Assembly (NCBI GenBank): GCA_963668025.2
Contig: CAXXTH010000019.1
Span: forward strand, 160,001-224,000
Source of the DNA: Candidatus Hydrogenedentota bacterium
GTDB taxonomy: Bacteria; Hydrogenedentota; Hydrogenedentia; Hydrogenedentales; SLHB01
Direction of reading: 5' to 3'
Length of the DNA: 64,000 nt
Positions within the stretch are counted from its first letter, which is position 1. Each line of letters starts with the position of its first letter. Shown here piece by piece: positions 33,167 to 42,011 of the stretch. Both the position numbers and the translations under genes were made by a program. The notes below the pieces were generated by a model that made no database searches, was not told where the DNA came from, and saw nothing but the letters and a program-made list of their open reading frames with translations.

Positions 33167-34881
33167 AAACTGCACCTGAAACAATAGCTGTTAAAGCAGT
33201 CAACCAATATCGTCGAAGAGACATAATCGGTTACTTAGGATTGCGACTTTATCTAGACAATAGTTGTGCCCAACGAAACCTCTGGAGTCACAACGTAGCA
33301 TGCCGTATCACTCTGCACAGCCCATCGCTCTACCATTCGTCATCACATTTCAAAGAACAAGATGCTGATACAGGAGACATCAGGCATAGGCGAATATGCG
33401 TCCCTACTCCAAACGAGATACTTGCTGAGACTGCCTTGCTTGTAGAGCTGTCCTCCACATCTTGTCTTAAGAATACTAGTAGCTATAGTTACAAGCTTGC
33501 AGATGCGAGAGATCGTGTTGGTATTTTTGCCCCTTATTTTCTGGGATTTAGAGAACGGCACCGCGCAATAGCTCAAGCTGCGAAATCCCATAATGGCAAC
33601 GTCGTTCTATATACGGATATCCACCGTTATTATCCATCAATACGTGCTGAACTCGCACGGAAAGTATGGTCAGAAGTAGCCAAATCTGTGAACTTGTCTC
33701 AACGGTTCAGGGATCTAGGAAACAAACTTCTGGACAACCAATCAACGGCTTGTTCAAGAGATGAAAATGGACTTCTAACAGGTCCCATGTTTTCTCATTT
33801 CATAGCCAATCGGGTACTTTTCGATGTCGACAAAAGAATGGAAGAATTGCTTCCAAACGGTTATTTTCGTTATGTGGATGATATTGCATTAGTAGGCCCT
33901 AAGAATCAGGTTCTAGACGCGGAGAAGCAACTAGAAAAACTTTTATCCGATTTGGGCCTATCTATGAACAAGGATAAGCGGCTTCTTATTTCGTCTTCTC
34001 ATTGGCTTGAAGGAGAACATGATTTTTCAGGCGATCCTAATAAGGTGTCCTGGAAGACTTTTATTGGGAAAATGAAACAGTTGCTCATCGCTCGCCCAAA
34101 ATTGACAAATTCAATTACCAATCTTCTAACAGATAATGGTTTCCGTCTAAAACCTTTAGATTACTCCGATGTCGTTAAGGAGCAACAGTATCAAAGTCGC
34201 TTGTTACTTCTGCTGAAAAATAATTGGTTTCGAGAATCTGTTCGAAATACCACTCCAGAGCTTATTTGTAAGGAGGGACTTGAATTACGCGCCCGATATC
34301 AAGAGAGTTTATTTGTGAATGCAAATGGAGCGGACCAGCTTGAAGGATATAACCGAAAACGAAGAATCTACCAGCTTCGACGATACGCCTCTCGCCTGAT
34401 TTATTTGGCTGATCCAGGAGAACTACGAAACATCGTACAAGCTTTGGAACAGATACCAGAAATGAGGCTTTTCACAGAAATATTCCGCGCTATCGATTCA
34501 CACGACGCAAGCCGTGTTGTCCAGTACGGCGCAAATGCTGCCCATGGTCTTGCTCAGGCTCTTCTTTCGTCTAAAATGAGTGTTTCCTGTTCGACACAAA
34601 ACTGGACAGACGCAGCTCGACAGGCATATTCAATCTTGGTTGCACACGGACTGTGTGTTGAAGGTAATAAGCCTGAAAATCCATCTGATATGGAATGTTT
34701 CTGCGATTGGGATAAATACTCCCATGATATTAGGGAAACGCCCGATAGCTATTTCAACGAGATATCTTGTTTACATGGTTTTGGCTCTAGGCGAAGGCAT
34801 GAAGACTGTCTGCTAAGGGCATTTGATGCAAACGAGGATATTATTAATGACATAGAGAGCGTACTAGAGCAGTCATATTAG
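33163..34881 (+). CDS. Reverse transcriptase, UG/Abi-like (non-retron, non-intron), with long C-terminal helical region
   Basis: YTDIHRYYPSI, GLLTGPMFSHFIAN, YFRYVDDI and LSMNKDK motifs; 572 aa. Confidence 0.9.
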   Translation: MKTAPETIAVKAVNQYRRRDIIGYLGLRLYLDNSCAQRNLWSHNVACRITLHSPSLYHSSSHFKEQDADTGDIRHRRICVPTPNEILAETALLVELSSTSCLKNTSSYSYKLADARDRVGIFAPYFLGFRERHRAIAQAAKSHNGNVVLYTDIHRYYPSIRAELARKVWSEVAKSVNLSQRFRDLGNKLLDNQSTACSRDENGLLTGPMFSHFIANRVLFDVDKRMEELLPNGYFRYVDDIALVGPKNQVLDAEKQLEKLLSDLGLSMNKDKRLLISSSHWLEGEHDFSGDPNKVSWKTFIGKMKQLLIARPKLTNSITNLLTDNGFRLKPLDYSDVVKEQQYQSRLLLLLKNNWFRESVRNTTPELICKEGLELRARYQESLFVNANGADQLEGYNRKRRIYQLRRYASRLIYLADPGELRNIVQALEQIPEMRLFTEIFRAIDSHDASRVVQYGANAAHGLAQALLSSKMSVSCSTQNWTDAARQAYSILVAHGLCVEGNKPENPSDMECFCDWDKYSHDIRETPDSYFNEISCLHGFGSRRRHEDCLLRAFDANEDIINDIESVLEQSY

Positions 34882-35294
34882 ATATTTTGTACTAGAGATT
34901 CTCATACAGCCATATGCCGAATCTTAGAACCACTTTCTCCGAGAAAAAACGGCAAACCTTGACGACAACAGCATCGGACACCATAGCGTTTGAGTTTTTC
35001 TTCAGCCGCTTAGGGTTTCTTGTAAAAATTGGAGATTGGATTCGGTTTTGACGAGAAGTGTTAATGGAGTCTCGACTATGCCCCAATCCTTCTCTCTGGC
35101 GTTGAATGGAGATGCTTAGGCAGCGTCAGTAAATAAGCTTTTCATTAACTATTTTATAAGGCGCTTGATCACGGCGCTTCTCGATGATCATTGCTAACCT
35201 TATTTGTGTATGCCGCCTTAGTTCAAAGCCGACAGCATTACCCGGAGCATCTGTTCGAGCTTGTCCTGGGGCGAACTATCGGCGGTTTCCATCG

Positions 35295-35657
35295 TCACAA
35301 CCTTTCCATGGCCTTTGCGGCTGCCTCGGCGGAGATTTCACCACGTTCCAGTTTATTCAGAATGGCGCGCTTGGCTTCCTCGTTCTTATGGAGCTTCTGA
35401 TAGGATTCGATGATATGGTCCAAACGGTTTCGGATGGCGACGTATCCCAAGCCGGATTCTTCGGCCAGCGCCTTGATGCTGAAACCGGCCAAGAGGTAAC
35501 GTTCGAGAAATTCCAGGTCTTCACTGGGCATGCGGGAAAACTGTGTCAGCCGGAACCGCCCCCGGATTTCCATCTCGCATTGGTCGCAATACATCGCCAC
35601 GGTGCGCATGGAACCGCCGCAATAGGGGCACTCTAGTTTTTTTCGTGTGGGTTCCAT
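35295..35657 (-). CDS. DUF2089-like zinc-ribbon/HTH protein
   Basis: CPYCGG...CDQC, SIKALAEESGLGYVAIRNRLD and C-terminal ILNKLERGEISAEAA. Confidence 0.8.
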   Translation of the reverse strand: MEPTRKKLECPYCGGSMRTVAMYCDQCEMEIRGRFRLTQFSRMPSEDLEFLERYLLAGFSIKALAEESGLGYVAIRNRLDHIIESYQKLHKNEEAKRAILNKLERGEISAEAAAKAMERL

Positions 35658-35663
35658 GAAAAA

Positions 35664-35692
35664 AGTATATACCAAACCGGATATTATGTCAA
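35664..35692 (-). promoter_or_regulatory. Sigma70 promoter, probably leaderless
   Basis: TTGACA-17-TATACT ending 6 nt before ATG 35657. Confidence 0.7.
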
Positions 35693-35941
35693 ATATATTT
35701 TTGGTATTTTGATAATAACCAAAATTTATTTAAAAACCGAGACGGCTTTTTCATGCCACTGAACGAAAAAAACAGGCTTCCATCCCGAAAGAAAATAGGA
35801 AAGCGCCGGCACTCCACGAAAACACAATACTCTTGCTCTTCAGATGGCCAGCCTGTTGCTCCTTTTTAAAATGCAATGCAACGGGAACTGTCCATCGTGG
35901 TATTATAGAGGCACGGCGCAGGTTAGCCAGGCACTAGGGCA

Positions 35942-38900
35942 ATGCAACCGAGTGGGGTACGCACCATGTTTTCCAGGATTCTCTCCCGCAATCGTCTTTG
36001 GTCCGTTCTATCATTGGCGGCCATTTGCTTATGCGCCGCTCTTGCTTTGCTGGAGGCGAAACGGCCTTCTTACGCCCAGGAGGCTTCCCCCGCTCCGCCT
36101 GTGGAAGCGGCTGCTCCAGCTCCAGCCCCAACGCCTCCTCAAGGCGGCCCGTACTTGAATGTAGTAGGCGCGGTGCCGTTACCGGGGGATTGGCTTACGA
36201 ACAAGATCATCGTGTTTTTCGACCAACCCATCCAGGCGCCCGGCGGGCCTTCATCCGTGCTGCTCGGTCCGGGCCTGCCCGCGGAATGTCTCATCGGAAG
36301 CAATTACGTGCGGGTTCAGTCGTCCCGCATACCGTCGGATCGTGTTGTGCAACTTGATCTCAGCGGCGTGCAATCAGCGGATGGCAAGCCCATCAATCCC
36401 GAACAGAAGATACAAACGTTTGCCGCCTTTGTGTTTGCCCCGCAACAGGTATTTTTTGTCCAGCGTCAAAATGGCCAGATCGAGATGGGTATGGCTTTTC
36501 CTACGGAGGTTAGAGCAGATGAGGTGCAAGCCCATCTCCGCGCTATGGACGCCAAGGAGCAGCCGGTTCCATTCACCGTGTCACCCGGCAAAGACGCAAA
36601 AATCGTACAAATCTCCGTGCCTGAAACCACGGCATGGCCGCTGCAATTGATTGTCAGCGCAGGCCTCAAGGACGCCTCGGGGTTCATAGCGCTCGCGGAT
36701 GAACACACTTTTTCGTATATGCCTTCCACGGATTTGGCCGTGTCCAAAGTCGAATGGGGAACCTTCAGCCCAGAACGCCAAGATCTCCACATCTATTTTT
36801 CGTCCCCGGTCTTGCCGGACGCCTTGAAAGAGCATTTGTCTATCACCGATGCCAATAGTGGCGAAGAAGTGGGATATGAACTCGATAACACGGAAGCATC
36901 GAGCGATCTGGTGATTGGCGTACATGTATCGGGCCAGGCGCAAGCGCAGATCACGGTAAATATCTCGCAAGGGCTCGAAAGCACGGACGGGATGGCCTTG
37001 GGTGCGGATTATACCGCGAATCTTGCAGGCCCCGAGAACCGATTAGCGATCCAGAACTATTGGTGGAATTATCCCGAGCGTGAAGGGCTGGCGTTGTATC
37101 TCCAGCTCAGCCAGCGCGTGGAGGCAAACCAGCTTAGGCAATATATAGCGGTCGAACCGGCCATCGAAAACCTGCGCGTCGAGTCCGAAGGGTACAATTC
37201 CTACATGGTGTATGGCGATTGGAAGCCGCAACAGGCCTACACCATCACCGTCAAGGCCGGGCTGCCGTATTGGGGCGGCCAAACCCTCGATTCCGACCAA
37301 AAGGCGGCTATCAAAACGGAACGCCTGCCCGCTTATATGGGTTTCGGGTATAAAGACCAATATTACTTCCCCCGGAAAGCGGGCATGCCGCTAGACATGG
37401 AAAGCAGGGGCGTTTCCAAAGTGAAGCTTACCCTCTACCGGCTGTTCCCCTCGAATCTGCCTGCTGCCGTGGAAGATATTAATAGTGGTAATGGAAGCTG
37501 GCGGTTCACTACCCAGTTTTGCGAGCAATTAGCGCAGACCGAGATGCCGGTGGCGAATGATCCCAGTTCGCTCGTAAAGACTCCCATTGATATCAGCGCG
37601 ATGAATCTCAATAACACACGCGGGGTGTTCTGCCTCGAAGCAGAGGGTAAAGTCAGCCAGTCCGGTGAAGAAGATGAAGGCTCGCGTTCCGGCACGAAGA
37701 TCATCGTATGGACGGATATCGGCGTGCTGGCCCACTGGCAGAACCAGGAGTTGGCGCTTTTTGCCCATGACCTGTATTCGCTGGCGCCCATCGCCCGCGC
37801 GAAGGTGACAGTGTATTCCGCAAAGAACCAGGTATTAGCCGAATGGACGACCGACGAGCAGGGCATGGCCTATCTTTCCGGCTTCAATCCCTCGCTGGGT
37901 GCGCCCGCCTTGGCCGTGGTCGAACACGAACAGGATTTCACTTTCCTTCCGCTACAACACAACGCCGATGACCCCGTGGCCTACGACGAAGGGCAGCCGT
38001 TCTATGATGCAAAAGGCTACGACGCTTTCATCTATGCCGACCGAGAATTGTATCGTCCCGGCGAAACAGCCCACGTGCATTGGGTCGTACGCCAACGCTA
38101 CGGCGACGCCGTGGGGGCGCTCCCCTTGCAGATGCGCATTCTCAAGCCCAATGGCCGCAAACTCCTGGAACAGGCCGTCATGCTCTCGGACACGGGCACG
38201 GGCGGTTTCGATTTCGTCTCGCAGCGCGCCTACCCGACAGGCAAATATACAGCGCAGCTTCTCTTGCCCGGGAAAGACAATCCCATCGGCAGCTATACGT
38301 TCAGCCTAGAAGATTTCGTGCCCAACCGCATCAAGGTGAAGCTCAACGCCTCCGAAGCGCCGCTCCGAGCCGGGCAGCCCGAGCAGGTGAGCCTCAACGC
38401 CCAGCACCTCTTCGGCGCGCCTGCGGCGGACCGCAAGTGCGAACTCAAGATCGCCTTGCAGCGCAAAGGCTTTAAGTCAAAACAGTGGGAAGCGTTCCGC
38501 TTTGACAACGATGCTGACTTTAAACCGGACATCGTGGACCTCGGCCAGCAGACCACTGATGCCGAAGGCAACGCAACCTTCGATTTCACCTACCAAGCCC
38601 CGGCGGAGGCCACCAGCCCGCTGATGGCGTCCTTAGTGGGGCGCGTGTTCGAGTTGGGCGGGCGCTCCGTAGGCGACGCCGCCCAGCGGGTGCTGTTCCC
38701 GTCGGACATCGCCCTCGGTATAAACGCAGCCGCAGCCGCACAAGGGCAAGGCGTGGATGTGCAGGTCGTGGCCATCCAGCCCGACGAATCGCCAGCGGCG
38801 CTTGACAAGGTGACGGTGCGCCTCGAAAAACAGTCGTGGAACTATTATGTCCGGCGCTATTACGGCCACCACGAGTCGAATTGGTCGGAAAGCTTCGAGA

Positions 38901-41755
38901 CCGTAGACACGAAAGAAGCGCCGCTCACCAATGGCCAAGGCGCGGTGAACTTCGCGCTCAGCGATTCGTACGGGTATTACCGGATCAAGGTTGAATCGCC
39001 CGCCACCAAGCAATACAGCACGGTCTCGTTCTATGCGTATGGCGAACACATCGAGGTCGTATCCGCACCGCGCCCCAGCCTGATCAAACTCACGTTGGAT
39101 AAAGACCGCTATGAAGTGGGCGAAACGGCCCAGCTCAAAGTGGAGTCACCCTTCGACGGCAAAGGCATCGTGGTGCTGCAAGCCGGAAACATCCAACGCA
39201 TGACGCCTATCGAGATCACGAATGGGATTGGCATGCTGCCCATCGAGGTCACCCGCGAGCAATTCCCAAATGCGTGGATCGAGGTGACGGTCATACATGC
39301 CTTTGATATAGGCCACAAACAGGTCTACCCCTTCTCGAGTTTCGCCATGGCCGGGCTCACGGTGCATGATAACAACCGGGAACTGAAAGTGTCTTTACCC
39401 GAGTTGCCCGCCGAGATCCGCCCGGCGTCGCAGGCCACGTTCACCGTCGAGACGCGCAACAGCGCCGATGCGCCCACGCCCGCCGAGATCACCCTGGCCG
39501 CCGTGGATGAAGGCATCCACCTCGTGACCAACTACGAGAATCCTAATCCATACAAATGGCTGAGCCGTACGCGCAGGCCCGACTTCCGGCGCAGCCATTA
39601 CTACGATAAAATCGCGTATAATTTCGACAAGCCGGATGCGGGCGGCGACCTCGACGCCCTCCTGGGCAAACGGTCCACGTCGCCCGACGAGAACTGGATC
39701 AAACCGTTGTCGCTGTGGTCGGGCGTAGTGAAGACAGACGCCAATGGCCGGGCTACGGTGTCTTTCGATGTGCCCGAATTTTCGGGCCAGCTCCGCCTGG
39801 TGGCAGTGGCGTCTTCTGACGCGGCCACGGGCGTTACGAGCGCCAATGTCTTTGTGCGGCGGCCCTATATGCTCCGCGCCAGCATGCCGCGCTTCCTGCT
39901 GCCGGGCGACCGCATCGATTGCAAGGTGGTGGTGTTCAACACCAGCGAAGCTCCGGTGAAGGCGGCCGTACGCTGGGCGGCTTCGGGGGCCATCGCCCAA
40001 GGCGAAGGCAGCCAAGTGCTCGATGTGCCCGCCAAGGGCGAGGCGAATGTATCGGCGGCGTTCACGGCGGCATTGGCCGTCGGGCAAGGGGCCATCCATT
40101 GGGAGGCCTCCATCACGGACGCGCAAGGCGCGGAGCTCGAGAAGCTGGTGCAAGACGCGCCCATACCGGTCCGCGCGCCCGCGGCATATCAATCGAGCCA
40201 TGAACTCGCCGTGCTCAAGCCCGGCGAGACGCGCTCGTTCCGCAATGTGAAGTTTGTGGACGACGGCCGCGCGGAGATGCTCGTGGACGCCGGTGCGACG
40301 CCGTTCCTCCGGCTGACCTCCGCCTTGCGCTACCTTATCGGCTACCCTCATGGGTGCGTCGAACAAACCACCTCGCGCCTGTTCCCGATGTTCATCCTGC
40401 GGCAGCAGATGGACGTGCTGGGCGCGGCGTTCGAGGAGAAGCCGAGGCAATATAGCGAAGTCGAAGTCAAGACCCAGGCCGATTTGGATGTGCTCATCCA
40501 AAACGGCATCTACCGCCTTTTCGCGATGCAGACCTCGGAAGGCGGATTGAGCTTCTGGCCGGGTGATTCGGTAAATTACGAATACGGCTCCGTGTACGGT
40601 CTGCATTTCCTCACGCTCGTGAAAAACGCCCGCGTACTCGATGTGCCGGATGACAATTACGCCGCCCTCCAGCGCTACGTGCGCGGCGTCGCCACGAATT
40701 GGGGGGATTCCACGGATCAGTCCAACTATTACCTGCGCGCCTATGCGATTTACGTGTTATCGCTGGGCGGCGACCAGGAGGCCATCGGCCAGATCAGCCG
40801 CTTCGACACCATTTCGATTCCCGAATGCGGGCGGTATCTGCTGGCGGCGGCCGTGGCGCTCACGACGCAGGATAAGGCCCGGATCAGCCTGTATCTGACT
40901 TCCGCGCCTAAAGAACCTTACAACATCACGGAACCGGACGGCACGCTCATTTCGGACATCCGAAACAAGGCTATCGAACTCATGGCCCTCCAGCAGGCTG
41001 GCGGCGAGGGCACGGACTTGGCGAAACGGGCGGACGCCCTCTTCGCTTACCTTGAAAAGCAAGACCACGGCACCACGCAGGAAACGTCCTTCGTGGTCGC
41101 CGCGCTGGCGCAATATATCGAGGCGCTCCAAGCGAACATCAGTACCACGTCCGCCACGATCACGGGCCCGAAAGGCGAACAAGCCATCCAAGGAAATGCG
41201 ATTTACAAAGACACACACGAAGGCCCCGGCGCTGCGTATACCGTGGCCAATACCGGCCAAGCGGACCTGTATGTCAACGTTACGACGCGCGGCGTGCCGA
41301 TGGCCCCGAACCTTGAAGCCGTGTCGAATAATCTAGACGTCGAGCGCACGCTTTACACCAGCGCAGGCGAAGCGATTGACCTGTCCAAGCCGTACACATT
41401 CGACCAAGGGCGGAGCTACGTCGCGCAAGTGCGGTTCAACAGCGAACGGGAGCTTAAGAATCTGGTGGTAGTGGACCTCTTGCCTGCGGGCTTCGAACTC
41501 GAAAATCCGCGCTTGGATGTAGCCGCCATACCAGGAGCGGCATTTGAAAACGCCACGACACCCTCGAATCTCGATGTGCGCGATGACCGGATCATCCTGG
41601 CCTTCAACAGCATCGAGGCGGGCACGCACTACGCCTATTACGTCGTGCGCGCCATCACGCCGGGAACCTACCAGCACCCACCCGTCGAAGCGGAGTGCAT
41701 GTATGATCCCACGGTAAACGCCTCGTCCGCACCTTCATCGGTGGAGGTGAAGTAA
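35942..41755 (+). CDS. Bacterial alpha-2-macroglobulin (YfhM-like)
   Basis: DRELYRPGE, LAAVDEG and thioester GYPHGCVEQTTS motifs; adjacent pbpC. Confidence 0.95.
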   Translation: MQPSGVRTMFSRILSRNRLWSVLSLAAICLCAALALLEAKRPSYAQEASPAPPVEAAAPAPAPTPPQGGPYLNVVGAVPLPGDWLTNKIIVFFDQPIQAPGGPSSVLLGPGLPAECLIGSNYVRVQSSRIPSDRVVQLDLSGVQSADGKPINPEQKIQTFAAFVFAPQQVFFVQRQNGQIEMGMAFPTEVRADEVQAHLRAMDAKEQPVPFTVSPGKDAKIVQISVPETTAWPLQLIVSAGLKDASGFIALADEHTFSYMPSTDLAVSKVEWGTFSPERQDLHIYFSSPVLPDALKEHLSITDANSGEEVGYELDNTEASSDLVIGVHVSGQAQAQITVNISQGLESTDGMALGADYTANLAGPENRLAIQNYWWNYPEREGLALYLQLSQRVEANQLRQYIAVEPAIENLRVESEGYNSYMVYGDWKPQQAYTITVKAGLPYWGGQTLDSDQKAAIKTERLPAYMGFGYKDQYYFPRKAGMPLDMESRGVSKVKLTLYRLFPSNLPAAVEDINSGNGSWRFTTQFCEQLAQTEMPVANDPSSLVKTPIDISAMNLNNTRGVFCLEAEGKVSQSGEEDEGSRSGTKIIVWTDIGVLAHWQNQELALFAHDLYSLAPIARAKVTVYSAKNQVLAEWTTDEQGMAYLSGFNPSLGAPALAVVEHEQDFTFLPLQHNADDPVAYDEGQPFYDAKGYDAFIYADRELYRPGETAHVHWVVRQRYGDAVGALPLQMRILKPNGRKLLEQAVMLSDTGTGGFDFVSQRAYPTGKYTAQLLLPGKDNPIGSYTFSLEDFVPNRIKVKLNASEAPLRAGQPEQVSLNAQHLFGAPAADRKCELKIALQRKGFKSKQWEAFRFDNDADFKPDIVDLGQQTTDAEGNATFDFTYQAPAEATSPLMASLVGRVFELGGRSVGDAAQRVLFPSDIALGINAAAAAQGQGVDVQVVAIQPDESPAALDKVTVRLEKQSWNYYVRRYYGHHESNWSESFETVDTKEAPLTNGQGAVNFALSDSYGYYRIKVESPATKQYSTVSFYAYGEHIEVVSAPRPSLIKLTLDKDRYEVGETAQLKVESPFDGKGIVVLQAGNIQRMTPIEITNGIGMLPIEVTREQFPNAWIEVTVIHAFDIGHKQVYPFSSFAMAGLTVHDNNRELKVSLPELPAEIRPASQATFTVETRNSADAPTPAEITLAAVDEGIHLVTNYENPNPYKWLSRTRRPDFRRSHYYDKIAYNFDKPDAGGDLDALLGKRSTSPDENWIKPLSLWSGVVKTDANGRATVSFDVPEFSGQLRLVAVASSDAATGVTSANVFVRRPYMLRASMPRFLLPGDRIDCKVVVFNTSEAPVKAAVRWAASGAIAQGEGSQVLDVPAKGEANVSAAFTAALAVGQGAIHWEASITDAQGAELEKLVQDAPIPVRAPAAYQSSHELAVLKPGETRSFRNVKFVDDGRAEMLVDAGATPFLRLTSALRYLIGYPHGCVEQTTSRLFPMFILRQQMDVLGAAFEEKPRQYSEVEVKTQADLDVLIQNGIYRLFAMQTSEGGLSFWPGDSVNYEYGSVYGLHFLTLVKNARVLDVPDDNYAALQRYVRGVATNWGDSTDQSNYYLRAYAIYVLSLGGDQEAIGQISRFDTISIPECGRYLLAAAVALTTQDKARISLYLTSAPKEPYNITEPDGTLISDIRNKAIELMALQQAGGEGTDLAKRADALFAYLEKQDHGTTQETSFVVAALAQYIEALQANISTTSATITGPKGEQAIQGNAIYKDTHEGPGAAYTVANTGQADLYVNVTTRGVPMAPNLEAVSNNLDVERTLYTSAGEAIDLSKPYTFDQGRSYVAQVRFNSERELKNLVVVDLLPAGFELENPRLDVAAIPGAAFENATTPSNLDVRDDRIILAFNSIEAGTHYAYYVVRAITPGTYQHPPVEAECMYDPTVNASSAPSSVEVK

Positions 41756-41772
41756 GGTAAGCACGTTTGATA

Positions 41773-41978
41773 AACGCCGAGGCGCGGAGAACGCAAAGGT
41801 GCGCGGAGAATAGAAAAAACTCTGCGACACTCCACGTTCTCAGCGCCTCTGCGTTGGAATCATAACGGAAGTTTTTTAGACAGGATTTACAGGATTCTAC
41901 AAGATTCAGATAGCCGCTTATAAAGTCAGAGATTCCATCCGAATCTCTCCAATCTTCATCTTGTAAATCCTGTCTAAA
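41773..41978. repeat. Two adjacent palindromic repeats with periodic arms
   Basis: AACGCCGAGGCGCGGAGAACG...CAGCGCCTCTGCGTT and TTTAGACAGGATTTACAGGATT...TAAATCCTGTCTAAA. Confidence 0.7.
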
Positions 41979-42011
41979 GAAGCCCGTGCTTTAACCGGAT
42001 AGAGATGGGCA

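Noticed and set aside
33163-34881. Retron, group II intron maturase, DGR or CRISPR-associated RT
   Set aside because: No NAxxH or VTG motifs, no a1/a2 inverted repeats recognised, no intron domain V/VI after the ORF, no TR/VR pair and no cas1 or array
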